IMG/VR virus record: IMGVR_UViG_3300047476_000521
Span: 32,001 to 96,000 of that record
Length of the DNA: 64,000 bases
Source of the DNA: a virus
Strand: one strand, 5' to 3'
Numbering within the stretch: the first letter of the stretch is position 1; each line of letters begins with the position of its first letter. The notes under the pieces were generated by a model. The model was not told where the DNA came from and did no database searches. It saw nothing but the letters and a program-made list of their open reading frames with translations. Position numbers and translations under genes: made by a program. Positions 8,925 to 20,016 of the stretch are shown piece after piece.

Positions 8925-10745
8925 ATGGCAAATAGCTCTCTTACTTTAACTTCTCTTGATTTCGATACTCTCAAGTCTAATTTCAAAGAGTATCTAAAAG
9001 CCCAGTCTACCTTCAAAGATTATAATTTTGACGGTTCGAACATCAACGTGTTATTGGACGTTATGTCTTATAACTCATATTTGAATTCGTTTTACTTGAA
9101 TATGGTAGCTTCTGAGATGTTTCTGGACTCTGCTCAGAAAATAGATTCAGTAATTTCTCATGCTAAAGAACTAAACTATATTCCTAGAAGCGCCCACGCT
9201 GCAGTAGCTAATGTCTCATTTACTGTAGAAGCTTCTGGTTTTACTGCAAACAAATTAGTAATCCCAAAGGGAACTAGATTTTCAGGACTCAACTCTAACG
9301 GAACATACACTTTCGTTACTGACCAGTCTTTGACTTTCACATCAAGTAATAATACATATTTGGTGGATAATATTCAGATCAACGAAGGTAATTATTTTCA
9401 AGATACTTTTGTTGTTGACTATGACATTGAGTCTCAGAAGTTTGTGCTTTCTAACGAGTTTATTGACATAAATTCAATACAAGTAAACGTCATAGAAAAC
9501 TCTGGCTTGTCAAATACAGAATTCTCATTCGTTAATACTTTGTTTGGATTGAATAACCTCTCAGAAGTTTATTTCGTTCAAGCTGTTGAAGGCGGTAAAT
9601 ACGAAATATTGTTTGGTGACGGGCTTTTCGGTAGAAGACCATTAAATGGTGCCACTATTTCGGTTAGCTATATCGTTACTACTGGTTCCGATGGTAATGG
9701 CGTAGAAAGTTTTACTTTAAGCGACAACATAGGTCCAGTAAACGGTGGTACAGCAGAAGCTTCTGAGATAACAGTTATAACTCCTTCTGTTTGGGGAGCC
9801 AATCAAGAAAGCATTGAGAATATTCGTTTCAATGCTCCTAGATATTATGCTACTCAACAAAGAGCAGTATCTGTAGACGATTATGCTTCTCTTGTATATG
9901 CTAATTTCGGCGGCGCTGTAGACGACGTTATTGTTTATGGAGGTCAGGAATTAGAACCTAAACTATACGGTAGAGTAATTATTGCTATTAAACCAACAGC
10001 CTCTACTATTGCATCTTCTTTGTTAAAGACTAATATTGAAAACTATTTACAGGATTTTATTGCTTTACCTAATAGAGTGGTTGTATCTGACCCAGACTAT
10101 TTCTACATTAAGGTTAGATCTTCAGTTCAGTTTAATTCTAAATCTTCTACAAAGTATTCTTCTGAAATTAGAAGCCTTATATTAAATACTGTTATAGACT
10201 ATAGTAGAAATCAATTAGAAAAATTTGGTAATGATTTTAGATATAGTAGATTCGTTACTCAAATAGATAATACAGATAATAGTATAACCAGTAATGATAC
10301 CCATGTCAAATTAGTAAAAAGAATCAATCCTAAGATTGATTTTGCTACTTCATATGATATTAGATTTAATAATCCTGCTGAATTAGAAGGCGTATATGCT
10401 GGTATAGCTTATCCAGACGATAGAGTTCTTATGAGTTCTTCTTTCTCTTATATTAATGAAAGAAACGAAGTAACTCCTAATTGTTATATCGAAGATGATG
10501 CTGTCGGTAATCTTATAGTTTATACTTATATTAAAGGGTTAAAAACCGTATTAAATAATGCAATAGGAAACATTAATTATGAAACCGGAGCAGTTTCTAT
10601 AACTAACCTTAAAACCAGAGATTATGGTAATTATATTACTCTAGAGCTTTCTACTAGAAATAAAGATATTATAGCATCAAAGAATATGGTATTGGTTATA
10701 GAAGCCGAAGACATTAGTATTAACGTAATAGAAACATTGAAGTAA
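8925..10745 (+). CDS. gp6: Baseplate wedge subunit gp6
   Basis: LDFD.LK.N...YLK.Q..FKDYNFDGS...VLLD; E.FLDSAQ; FGDG.FG; ESIE.IRF.AP..Y..Q.RAV...DY. Confidence 0.95.
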   Translation: MANSSLTLTSLDFDTLKSNFKEYLKAQSTFKDYNFDGSNINVLLDVMSYNSYLNSFYLNMVASEMFLDSAQKIDSVISHAKELNYIPRSAHAAVANVSFTVEASGFTANKLVIPKGTRFSGLNSNGTYTFVTDQSLTFTSSNNTYLVDNIQINEGNYFQDTFVVDYDIESQKFVLSNEFIDINSIQVNVIENSGLSNTEFSFVNTLFGLNNLSEVYFVQAVEGGKYEILFGDGLFGRRPLNGATISVSYIVTTGSDGNGVESFTLSDNIGPVNGGTAEASEITVITPSVWGANQESIENIRFNAPRYYATQQRAVSVDDYASLVYANFGGAVDDVIVYGGQELEPKLYGRVIIAIKPTASTIASSLLKTNIENYLQDFIALPNRVVVSDPDYFYIKVRSSVQFNSKSSTKYSSEIRSLILNTVIDYSRNQLEKFGNDFRYSRFVTQIDNTDNSITSNDTHVKLVKRINPKIDFATSYDIRFNNPAELEGVYAGIAYPDDRVLMSSSFSYINERNEVTPNCYIEDDAVGNLIVYTYIKGLKTVLNNAIGNINYETGAVSITNLKTRDYGNYITLELSTRNKDIIASKNMVLVIEAEDISINVIETLK

Positions 10746-10746
10746 A

Positions 10747-13700
10747 ATGGATTTCAACATAGAAAAAACAATATCGAATTTTATTGAAAACCAGTTCCCT
10801 CAATTCTATAAAGAAGAGGGACAAAACTTCATTCAATTCGTAAAAGCTTACTATGAATGGTTGGAAGAAGATTCTTCTACTAATGGTTATGGTGGTTCTA
10901 TTAAAGAAAGCAGAAAGCTTTTTGATTATAGAGATATTGATACAACAGTAGAAAGATTTCTAGAATATTTCCAAAAGAAATATCTTTATGGTATTCCATT
11001 TAATGTTATTATTAATAAAAGATTCCTATTAAAGCATATCTTGGATGTTTATCGTTCTAAAACAACTATCCAGGGTTATAAGCTTTTATTCAGATTGATA
11101 TACAACGAAGATGTTGATATTTACATTCCTGGTAAAGACGTTCTTAGAATTTCTGATGGTAAATGGGTAAGTCCTCGTTACTTAGAAGTTACATATACTG
11201 AAAACCTTGAGTCTTTGATTGACAAAACTGTTATTGGTGTGTCTTCAAAAACTACAGCTACAGTAGAAAAAGTTGTAAGAGAAAGAGTCAACAAAGATAT
11301 TGTATATCTGGCTTATATTACCAGCGTTGCCCCAAAAGGCGGCGATTTTGATGTTGGTGAAAGAATTGTAGATTATCGTTATAGAAACGATTCTGAAACT
11401 ATTAGTAAATCCCCTGTTATTGTTGGTTCTCTTGATACATTGGATGTGTTCAATAGCGGTAACTCATTTAACGTTGGAGACATACTAAAAATAGCTTATA
11501 AAGACCCAGATACAAACGAAATCGACTCGTTTGGTATTGAAGGTCTTGTTATCGTTAAATCTTTGTTCCGTGGTTACGGTTCTTTGAATTTCAATATCGT
11601 AAATGGCGGTTTTGGATTTCTTGCCAATTCTGCAATTTTCATTTATAAGAATATTCTAGATCAAACAGGCCAAGGTGCCAGCTTTAACATAAAACTCGCT
11701 GATACTAGACAGTTATCATTTAATACAGACTGGATTCAAGACTTCATCGATTTACGTCTTGACGAAGCATCTTTTGGGTTTTTAGGCAACCCGACAGCTA
11801 ATCTATCGTCAACCATAGGAGATGTTTTACAATATGACTCTGGCGTTTTCGGTAGAATCGCTGCTCTCACTAATGTTTTGGCTGGTAATGCTTATATCGC
11901 TCCTGCCAACGTATTCATCAGATCAACATTCAATTCCAAAAACTTACCTGGTAAGCTTTGGTATTATAACACCAACACTTTCATAAACACATATTCAAGC
12001 GGCGTATATGTAAATACAACATATGTAGATTCTACAAACAATGCAATTCTAATACCAAATGCTATAAAGCATTATGATTTGAATGCTTATGTTGATTATG
12101 TTGTGCCTGCTGGAAACGTTGCTATTACTGGACTGACAGCTAATTCTAGATATTATGTCAAAACAACTAATAGCACTGGTATCACTCTGAGTTCTACACC
12201 AGGCGGTTCAACAGTTGACATAGGAACAGTTCCTTCAACAAACACAACACAACGTCATTTTTTCAATACTAAAGCATTGACTAAGAGTTTCTTTGCAAAT
12301 AATACTTCTGTAAATAACAGCAGTTATTCAATACTTGTTACTGACGCTGATACATATTTTGCTGCTAATGATTATGTGTATTATCTGGTTCCTGCAGGAA
12401 ATACAGGCATAAATGGTATAGAATCAAATACATTTTATTATGTAGAAACTGTAAATTCTACTGCTTTGACTTTATCAGATACTGTTGGTGGACTTAATCC
12501 ATTAGCTATTTCAACAGACGTATATATTGCTGGCGAAACTCATTATCTACTAAATGATACAACTCGTGCTCAGACTCCTTATGTTAATGCCAGTTTAGAA
12601 GAGGTGTTTTCAAACAGCACTTCTGTAAACAACGCAGCATATTCTTTTATGATTGCCAACGCAGATTTAATTTTCAGCGCAGATCAGAGAATTTTTTATG
12701 ACGTTCCTGTTGGTAATACTGCTATTTCAAACCTTGTGGCAAATTCAGTATATTATGTCAAAACAGTAAATAGTAGCGCTCTTACGTTAAGCAATACATC
12801 TGGTGGAGCTACTATACAGATATACGCAAGCGGTTCTTTGAATGAGACTCATTTGTTGAAGGGTTCAAAGTTCTCAAAGTATTTTGCAGTAAACGACTTG
12901 ATGTACCTTCAAGCAAATAGTTCTGATGCTAATACTATGGAATTAGCCGTAATTAGAGATATTATAAGCGACACATCAGTACAGCTATATGGGTTTACTA
13001 ATAATACTTCAACCAATTCTATGGTATACGGTCGTGCAGTTGTTATTATGCCAGCACAATTTGCTAACTCTGAAGTAACATCCAGAAACAGAACTACAGG
13101 TCAGCTAGATCAGTTTAGTTTATTATCATACGATAACGACCCTTCTAATTATGGCCCCTATGCCAGTATTATGAGAAGACTTGATGATACTATTAATGGT
13201 ATTAATGATAATATTCTTGCTCTAAACTCTAGCGGTAATAACATCGTAGAAAGAGTTTCTGCTATATCTTCTGGTATCGGTTACGTTGAGGGCGAATCCG
13301 TTCACGCTTATCGTTATGGTATTCTGAATGTTCCAACTATTGTAAATGGTGGTAGAGGTTATTCTAATGGCGATACTCTAATATTTACTGGAGGATACAC
13401 TAATAGTCCTGCAAGAGGCTCAATTGTAACCAATTCAAGTGGTAATGTTGTATCTGTAAATACAATGACTGGAGCTTGGTATGGTGGTTCTGGGTATAAT
13501 GATGTTCCTTCCATTACAGTAAGATCTTCCAACGTTTTGGCTACAGGAGCCGTTCTTACAACATCGTACATACCTTTTGATACTGCCAACGAAATTAGAG
13601 GTCTAGTTAGAAAATCTGGTATTGGTAGAGATATAGGTTATTGGGCCAACGAAGACGGTCTATTAGATTCAGAAAAGAAAATTCAAGATAGTTACTACTA

Positions 13701-14076
13701 TCAGGATTATTCGTATGAAATTAAAACTGCTATCAGCCTAGAAAATTATAAAGACATTTTCTATACTACATTCCATCCAGCTGGTACAGAACTATTTGGA
13801 AAATATGAGCTACAGCCATTTACTGTTGATAGCGATATTGTTCTAGAGTTTGATACTTTTGCAAACACTTCTTGGCCTTTGTGGCTTACCTGCGACATTG
13901 CTGACTCCAGAATCAGATGCGATACTTACTACGACGAGCTTCCAGATGGTAGGTTGTTAACTACCATCCTAACCGTTGATAGATTCAGTTTCGCCAATAA
14001 TTATTTTGGATGTGATATAAATACAACAAAAGTAGATACAAGGCTTATTACTTGTGACAAAACAGCAGAAGATTGA
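10747..14076 (+). CDS. gp7: Baseplate wedge initiator gp7, enlarged by three inserted repeat domains
   Basis: IENQFP.FY..EG..F..F.KAYYEWLE N-terminus; KIQDSYYYQDYSYEIK...HPAG..LFG C-terminus; between gp6 and gp8. Confidence 0.85.
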   Translation: MDFNIEKTISNFIENQFPQFYKEEGQNFIQFVKAYYEWLEEDSSTNGYGGSIKESRKLFDYRDIDTTVERFLEYFQKKYLYGIPFNVIINKRFLLKHILDVYRSKTTIQGYKLLFRLIYNEDVDIYIPGKDVLRISDGKWVSPRYLEVTYTENLESLIDKTVIGVSSKTTATVEKVVRERVNKDIVYLAYITSVAPKGGDFDVGERIVDYRYRNDSETISKSPVIVGSLDTLDVFNSGNSFNVGDILKIAYKDPDTNEIDSFGIEGLVIVKSLFRGYGSLNFNIVNGGFGFLANSAIFIYKNILDQTGQGASFNIKLADTRQLSFNTDWIQDFIDLRLDEASFGFLGNPTANLSSTIGDVLQYDSGVFGRIAALTNVLAGNAYIAPANVFIRSTFNSKNLPGKLWYYNTNTFINTYSSGVYVNTTYVDSTNNAILIPNAIKHYDLNAYVDYVVPAGNVAITGLTANSRYYVKTTNSTGITLSSTPGGSTVDIGTVPSTNTTQRHFFNTKALTKSFFANNTSVNNSSYSILVTDADTYFAANDYVYYLVPAGNTGINGIESNTFYYVETVNSTALTLSDTVGGLNPLAISTDVYIAGETHYLLNDTTRAQTPYVNASLEEVFSNSTSVNNAAYSFMIANADLIFSADQRIFYDVPVGNTAISNLVANSVYYVKTVNSSALTLSNTSGGATIQIYASGSLNETHLLKGSKFSKYFAVNDLMYLQANSSDANTMELAVIRDIISDTSVQLYGFTNNTSTNSMVYGRAVVIMPAQFANSEVTSRNRTTGQLDQFSLLSYDNDPSNYGPYASIMRRLDDTINGINDNILALNSSGNNIVERVSAISSGIGYVEGESVHAYRYGILNVPTIVNGGRGYSNGDTLIFTGGYTNSPARGSIVTNSSGNVVSVNTMTGAWYGGSGYNDVPSITVRSSNVLATGAVLTTSYIPFDTANEIRGLVRKSGIGRDIGYWANEDGLLDSEKKIQDSYYYQDYSYEIKTAISLENYKDIFYTTFHPAGTELFGKYELQPFTVDSDIVLEFDTFANTSWPLWLTCDIADSRIRCDTYYDELPDGRLLTTILTVDRFSFANNYFGCDINTTKVDTRLITCDKTAED
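14016..14023 (+). promoter_or_regulatory. Late promoter embedded in the gp7 3' end
   Basis: Exact TATAAATA 65 nt upstream of the 14089 start. Confidence 0.7.
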
Positions 14077-14088
14077 TAGGGGGATAAA

Positions 14089-14673
14089 TTGGCAATAGAA
14101 ACAGCTAACATTGGCGTAAATCCAAATGATGGACTAGGCACTCCTTTGAGAGATGCTGTTTATATGTTTAATCAGAATTTTATACAGCTTAGTACTAATG
14201 CTGTAGTGAACACCAGTATTCAGGTAGGAAATAACACATTAGGTAACGTTTACGTAAACACCTCAGTTATTTTCGTTCAAAATAATGCTGGTTCGGTCAG
14301 AGTTGGTAATAACTCAACAAACGTTGTAGCAAACAGTTCTGGGTTCCATACAGCTGGATTGGTCAATACTGGTAATCTAACAGTTACCGGAAACAACATA
14401 ACTCTAGGTTCATCAACAACTACAGCTAATGGCTATATTTGGCTTCCAAACGGAATGAAAATGAACTGGGGTTGGATTTTTGCTAATTCTTCTGTAGGTA
14501 ATGCTACATTTTCTTCAGCTTTTGCTACGGCTTGTTATGTTGTAACAGCTACAGCCAATGCTTCTGATATAACATATAATGCAGGTGTTATAAGCATGAA
14601 CACTACTGTAGCAGCTATCAGAACCGCCAATGTAACCGCTACTAATGTGTATTACATCGCACTAGGAAAGTAA
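14089..14673 (+). CDS. Small baseplate-attached fibre/adaptor (gp9/gp10-like N-terminal motif, tail-fibre-type C-terminal domain)
   Basis: TTG start after GGGGA; IG..PNDG.G..LR.A....N.NF motif; C-terminal NGYIWLPNGM..NWG. Confidence 0.65.
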   Translation: MAIETANIGVNPNDGLGTPLRDAVYMFNQNFIQLSTNAVVNTSIQVGNNTLGNVYVNTSVIFVQNNAGSVRVGNNSTNVVANSSGFHTAGLVNTGNLTVTGNNITLGSSTTTANGYIWLPNGMKMNWGWIFANSSVGNATFSSAFATACYVVTATANASDITYNAGVISMNTTVAAIRTANVTATNVYYIALGK

Positions 14674-14683
14674 GGCATAAATT

Positions 14684-16219
14684 ATGGCTGGAGTTCTATT
14701 ACCTGCATATAAAAAAGCTCTCATAGACGAATTGTTTGATAATATCAGATCAAACACTTCTTTTTATTATGCTTTTGCTGCCAACCCTGTACCATATTCA
14801 GGTTTAACTCCTAACACGAGTTTGGACGATTACAGCGCTAAATTTGAAAACGATTGGTTGATGTTATTCGGTAAAAGGTTATCTACTGCTAATTTTGCGC
14901 CTTTGATCCAGAATAATCTTTGGGTTTCAAATACAGTTTATCTAAGATACGATAATAGCGACTCTGACCTATATTCCAACAATATGTATTATGCCATTTC
15001 TTCGCCCCAATACGACGGCGGAACATATAATATTTACAAATGTTTGGATAACGCCAACGGAGCTCCATCAACTGTAAAACCAACAGAAGTCCAATCAACT
15101 TCGTTCTATACCTCTGATGGTTATTTGTGGAGATATATTACTTCTATTCCTTATCGACTTTATAAGATGTTTTCCACAAACGATTATGCTCCACTGTATG
15201 CTAATACGATTACTTCTATCTACGCCAATCAATACAGCGGCGTAGAAAAAGTAGTTATCGTAGACGCAGGAACAGGTTATTCTGCATATCATGATGGAAC
15301 TATTTTGTCAGCTAACAGCACAGTTTTACAGATTGGTAACGATGCTAGTATTCAGTCTGGATATTATACTGACAGTGCAATCTATATTTACAACGTTACA
15401 GCAACAACATCTCAGATTTTCAGAGTCTCGGATTACGTAGCCAACAGCGTTGGTAAATGGATCTATATTGACGGCGAAGCAAACACTACAAACATTCTAC
15501 CAGAAGCTACTCAATATCATATTTCACCAAGAGTTCAGTTTATAACTGATGGTGGTACTAAACCAGTAGCTTATACTAACATAAATCCATACAACAACTC
15601 AATTGCAGATGTTGTTATGTTGGATATCGGAGCAGATATTTCTTGGGCTAATACTACAATTCATGCTCTTGTTGGTTCTTCTGCGAACGTTTATTCTATT
15701 GTTCCTCCACCAGGCGGTCATGGCGCCGACGTTCTTTCAGAACTAAATGTAAAGGCTATTGGCGTTAATTTCCATTTTGCTAATACAGAAGGCGGAACAA
15801 TTCCAACTAGACCTCAATACAATAAAATTGGATTGTTAAAGAATCCATATGGTTTGCATGCCAATGGAGCAAAAAGCAATACTCAATACACATCAAACAC
15901 CTTTAGTCAAATTTTAGAAGCAGACCTATCAAGCCCGGTTCAGTTTCAGCTAGGCGATAGAGTATATGGTAACACCAGTAACGCATTTGGAGTTGTGGCT
16001 TTTGCTAATACTACTAAACTGTATCTAACAGGCGATAAGACTTTTGCTAATGGTGAATATGTATTCTCGAGTAATGGCGTTTTGAATTCTGAAATGACCA
16101 TAACAACTAAGGGCGACATATATGCCAAGGATATATCTCCCCTTTACGTTCAGAATATAAATAATGTTAATAGATCTAACAATCAAACAGAATCTTTCAA
16201 ACTGATCATTCATATCTAA
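14684..16219 (+). CDS. gp8: Baseplate wedge subunit gp8
   Basis: YNIYKCLDN..G.PST.KP, DGY.W.Y, PP.GHG.D...EL, IGL.KNP, R...Q.E..K.I motifs. Confidence 0.9.
   Translation: MAGVLLPAYKKALIDELFDNIRSNTSFYYAFAANPVPYSGLTPNTSLDDYSAKFENDWLMLFGKRLSTANFAPLIQNNLWVSNTVYLRYDNSDSDLYSNNMYYAISSPQYDGGTYNIYKCLDNANGAPSTVKPTEVQSTSFYTSDGYLWRYITSIPYRLYKMFSTNDYAPLYANTITSIYANQYSGVEKVVIVDAGTGYSAYHDGTILSANSTVLQIGNDASIQSGYYTDSAIYIYNVTATTSQIFRVSDYVANSVGKWIYIDGEANTTNILPEATQYHISPRVQFITDGGTKPVAYTNINPYNNSIADVVMLDIGADISWANTTIHALVGSSANVYSIVPPPGGHGADVLSELNVKAIGVNFHFANTEGGTIPTRPQYNKIGLLKNPYGLHANGAKSNTQYTSNTFSQILEADLSSPVQFQLGDRVYGNTSNAFGVVAFANTTKLYLTGDKTFANGEYVFSSNGVLNSEMTITTKGDIYAKDISPLYVQNINNVNRSNNQTESFKLIIHI
16156..16163 (+). 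promoter_or_regulatory. Late promoter embedded in the gp8 3' end
   Basis: Exact TATAAATA about 70 nt upstream of the 16233 start. Confidence 0.7.
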
Positions 16220-16232
16220 TAGGTATCAAATA

Positions 16233-19200
16233 ATGGCTCTAAAAACAGATTTCAATGTCGCACCTTATTTTGACGATTATGATGAGTTCAAAGATTATTA
16301 TCGTGTTCTTTTTAGACCAGGAACAGCGGTACAGGCTAGAGAACTAACTCAGCTTCAGACAATTTTACAGAAACAGATCGAAAGATTCGGTAGCTGGGCT
16401 TTCAATAACGGCGATATTGTATATGGCTGTCAGATTTTTGACATGCCATCTGTTGGTTATGTTCGTTTGATGGATTTTGCTTCAAACGGTTCTGCCAATT
16501 CAGCCACTTTAGACGTAAGAGATTATGTCAACGCTGTTGCAATCAGTCACACTAGTAACCTAAGAGCTCAGGTTCTTTACGCCAATGCAGGATTCAGCAC
16601 CAATTATCCTGATACTAATATTCTATATCTAAAATATATCAACACTGGTGATGGTGGGGAATCTGTATTTTCCAATAATGAACTACTGAAATTCGTTCAA
16701 GTCACTCCTCTTGGTAACGTTGCTTTGGCTAATGTTTACAGTTGGGCCAACGTTTTCGCTAATACAGTTACTACTGGCAATGCGCACGGAATAGTTGTTT
16801 CAGAAGGCGTTGTGTTTATTGCTGGAGAATTCGTAAGAGTTGCTAATTCAACTTTTGGTTTGGTTAACAATTTCGGAACATATGCTGGTAATAACGTTGT
16901 AGGTTTCGATCTCATCGAAGAAATTATAACTGAAAACCAAGATGAAACTCTAGTTGATAACGCTCTTGGATATCCAAACGAAAATGCTCCTGGAGCGCAC
17001 AGACTAAAACTTACTCCATATATTGTATCCCTTACCCCTGAAGAAGCTTCTCTGAGAGAGAAGTTCAATCCTATTGGAACTTATAATTACGGATACCTTA
17101 TTTCTAAGGCTCAGCCTTCTACTAATCTTTATTCTATTATTGGCGATGTTGTTTCTAAGAGAACTTATGAAGAATCTGGAAATTACGTAGTAAATCCATT
17201 CATTGTAGACACTATAACTACAACTCCAGGAAACGATGTTGCAGCTGCAAACTCAAGCAGCGTTTTGGGACGTATTAGTTCTGGCGTTGGTTACGCTCAA
17301 GGAAACAGAGTTGAGTTATTAAAAACCAGCTATATCAACATGCGCCGTGGTGTTGATACACAAACTAACCGTTCTCAGGAAATTTATTTCAATTATGGTA
17401 ACTATTTCCTTGTTAACGAGTTTTCAGGCACATTTTTGAACGATGCAGTTCAAACTGTAAAATTATACAACACTGCCCAGAGATCAGTTTCTAGCAGAAC
17501 TTATGCCACAACATCTCCAACAGGAACTTTGATTGGTACTGCCAAAATGCGTTGTATCACATACGCATCTGGAGTTCCTGGATCTTCAACAGCACAATAT
17601 TATGTTCACGTTTTTGATATTTCTTTGACATCTGGATATTCTCCAAGTCAAGTAAAAGCTTTGTATTTTGATGGTACTAATAAAGGTTTTGCTGACGTTG
17701 TGTCTGCTGGCGTTCTTGGAGCAGATAATAAAGATCAGCTTTACAGCTTTGGTGTTACTGGTGTTAAAAACCTAAGAGATCAAAACAATAATATCAATAC
17801 AGATTATTATTACAGAACTTCTAATACTTCTGCTACAATGATAACTACTGGTGATATTGTTGTTAGACTTGCTTGTTCTCAGCCAGGTGGAACAGATATT
17901 CTTCCTTACGTTGGTGGTACAACTCTTATTGATACTGACGCTGCTGATATTATCATTACAGCTAAAGCAGACGTAGATTCGAATGCTTTGACAGGTACAG
18001 TAAACGTAACATCTACTTCTACAATTGTTAGAGGAAACAGTACTACATTCCTTAGCGATTTTACTCCTGGCGATATTGTAAAGATCGACGGAGCTAAGAG
18101 AATTGTTACTTCTGTTGCTAACAATATCTACATGACTGTAGACGGTAATCTAGCATACACAAACAATACAACTGCTTATCGTAAAAACTACGCTAACGGT
18201 AAAATCATTCCTTCTACAAGAGGTTTGTCTGGTCCTAACACTTATGTAACTATTGATGATTCTACAACTTTGACAATTCATTCTGGTCAGTTTCCAAATA
18301 CTTCAGTACCAGTAGATGTTTCTTATATCGTAAAAAGAACAGTTACAACGCCAGCCAAGAAGCTTATAAAGAAGAGAAGATTCGTTAAGATCAACACTGC
18401 TTCGAATATTAAAGGTCCATGGTGTTTAGGTTTCAGCGATGTTCATAAGATTAACAGAATTTATGGAACAGCTAATGGCGTTTACACAGTAGCTGGCGCA
18501 GACCTGACTTCTGACTTTATTTTTGATACAGGACAAAAAGATACTCACTATAGTCTAGCATATCTTTATGCAAAGAGCAGTTATTCTGCGGCTTCTTATC
18601 CAAACCTATTAATTGACCTTGACTATTTCGCAGTAGATACAACAACAGGTATGGGATTCTTTACAGTAGAATCTTATCCAATCGATGACGCTAATACTGC
18701 TAATACTAATGCTATTCAGACCAAAGATATTACTTTGTATGTTAATGAGAGCGGAGCAAAACTTCCTCTAAGAGATCATGTGGATTTCAGAACTCCATGT
18801 ATTAATACCGCTAATGATTGCGGCGTTTACGATACATCAAATGGAGCTCAAATAAACACTGCTATTAGTTATTCTACTCTGAATCCATCAGCAACAGTTA
18901 ACTTCAGCGTTCCAGCTGCAGGTATAAATTTCCCTGCATACGGAAAGAGCCTAGAAGCAGATTATACTTTCTACCTAGGTAGAAAAGACCTTATTATGAT
19001 CACTCCTGATAATATTGTGAAGGTCAAAGAAGGTGTATCTAGCTTAAACCCTCAATCGCCATTGTATCCAGAAAACGCTATGGCATTGTCTGTCTTAAAC
19101 ATTCCGCCTTATCCTTCTCTTTCTACAGATCAGGTAGACGAGTTTTTAACTATAAATCAATCTGCAACTAGCTTAATTAGAGACGCTAATCTAGCTATTT

Positions 19201-19982
19201 CTTGTATCTCAGTTTCTAACAGAAGATACACTATGAGAGATATTGGAACTATCGATCAGAGAGTTTCAAACCTTGAATACTACACTCAGCTTTCTCTTCT
19301 AGAGAAAAAGGCAAAAGACCTTACAATTACAGATCAAAACGGTCTAGACAGATTTAAAAACGGTATTTTCGTTGATCCGTTTTCTAGTTTTGCTTTGGCT
19401 GATACTTCTAACCAAGAATTTAATATAGCCATCGATCAAGATAAAGGTCACGGAAGACCTAAAATTATCAGAGAAGTTATAAACATTGCGTTTTCTCCAA
19501 CAGCCTCTTCGAATGTTGTTAAAACTGGAAGACTTATAACTCTTAATTATGCTGAAGTTCCTTTCGTAACACAGCAGTATGCTACTAAATATAGATCTTC
19601 GGCTTTGGTTGCTGCTTCTTGGAACGGTTTCGTAACATTGATACCTTCTTACGATAATAACATCAATCAGAAAAACACTGGTTCAGCTGATATCTTCATA
19701 GATCTCGCTGCTCCTTGGAAAGATTTTGCTGCTAGTCCATTGGCTTATAGTTGGGGCGATTGGAGAACATCAGTAAACACTGAAGTATCATCAGTAACCA
19801 CAGGCGAAGTTCGTAATATTACAAGAGATTGGCGAGGAAACCTAGTTAGCGATCAGCCTGTTAACCCTGCGCCAGTGCCTGCTGCAACAGCAGCTGCTGG
19901 AGGTCTACCTCTTATATTTGTGCCTTGGGTTGGATTTGTTCCTGCCAGCCTAAATCTCAATGATTTGTTCAGAGGTTCATAA
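16233..19982 (+). CDS. Large virion structural protein, VrlC/DUF4815-like, N-terminal part
   Basis: FNVAPYFDDY...K.YYRVLFRPG.AVQARELTQLQ; NAPGAHRLK; RRYTMRDIG.I..RV.NLEYYT.LSLLE; DRFKNG.FVD.F. Confidence 0.85.
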   Translation: MALKTDFNVAPYFDDYDEFKDYYRVLFRPGTAVQARELTQLQTILQKQIERFGSWAFNNGDIVYGCQIFDMPSVGYVRLMDFASNGSANSATLDVRDYVNAVAISHTSNLRAQVLYANAGFSTNYPDTNILYLKYINTGDGGESVFSNNELLKFVQVTPLGNVALANVYSWANVFANTVTTGNAHGIVVSEGVVFIAGEFVRVANSTFGLVNNFGTYAGNNVVGFDLIEEIITENQDETLVDNALGYPNENAPGAHRLKLTPYIVSLTPEEASLREKFNPIGTYNYGYLISKAQPSTNLYSIIGDVVSKRTYEESGNYVVNPFIVDTITTTPGNDVAAANSSSVLGRISSGVGYAQGNRVELLKTSYINMRRGVDTQTNRSQEIYFNYGNYFLVNEFSGTFLNDAVQTVKLYNTAQRSVSSRTYATTSPTGTLIGTAKMRCITYASGVPGSSTAQYYVHVFDISLTSGYSPSQVKALYFDGTNKGFADVVSAGVLGADNKDQLYSFGVTGVKNLRDQNNNINTDYYYRTSNTSATMITTGDIVVRLACSQPGGTDILPYVGGTTLIDTDAADIIITAKADVDSNALTGTVNVTSTSTIVRGNSTTFLSDFTPGDIVKIDGAKRIVTSVANNIYMTVDGNLAYTNNTTAYRKNYANGKIIPSTRGLSGPNTYVTIDDSTTLTIHSGQFPNTSVPVDVSYIVKRTVTTPAKKLIKKRRFVKINTASNIKGPWCLGFSDVHKINRIYGTANGVYTVAGADLTSDFIFDTGQKDTHYSLAYLYAKSSYSAASYPNLLIDLDYFAVDTTTGMGFFTVESYPIDDANTANTNAIQTKDITLYVNESGAKLPLRDHVDFRTPCINTANDCGVYDTSNGAQINTAISYSTLNPSATVNFSVPAAGINFPAYGKSLEADYTFYLGRKDLIMITPDNIVKVKEGVSSLNPQSPLYPENAMALSVLNIPPYPSLSTDQVDEFLTINQSATSLIRDANLAISCISVSNRRYTMRDIGTIDQRVSNLEYYTQLSLLEKKAKDLTITDQNGLDRFKNGIFVDPFSSFALADTSNQEFNIAIDQDKGHGRPKIIREVINIAFSPTASSNVVKTGRLITLNYAEVPFVTQQYATKYRSSALVAASWNGFVTLIPSYDNNINQKNTGSADIFIDLAAPWKDFAASPLAYSWGDWRTSVNTEVSSVTTGEVRNITRDWRGNLVSDQPVNPAPVPAATAAAGGLPLIFVPWVGFVPASLNLNDLFRGS

Positions 19983-19985
19983 ATA
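19978..19985 (+). promoter_or_regulatory. Late promoter variant (CATAAATA) for the second VrlC-like ORF
   Basis: 1 mismatch to consensus, overlaps the upstream stop; AGGAG SD and TTG start follow. Confidence 0.5.
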
Positions 19986-20016
19986 ATATTTAAAATGATC
20001 GCATAGGAGAAATAAA

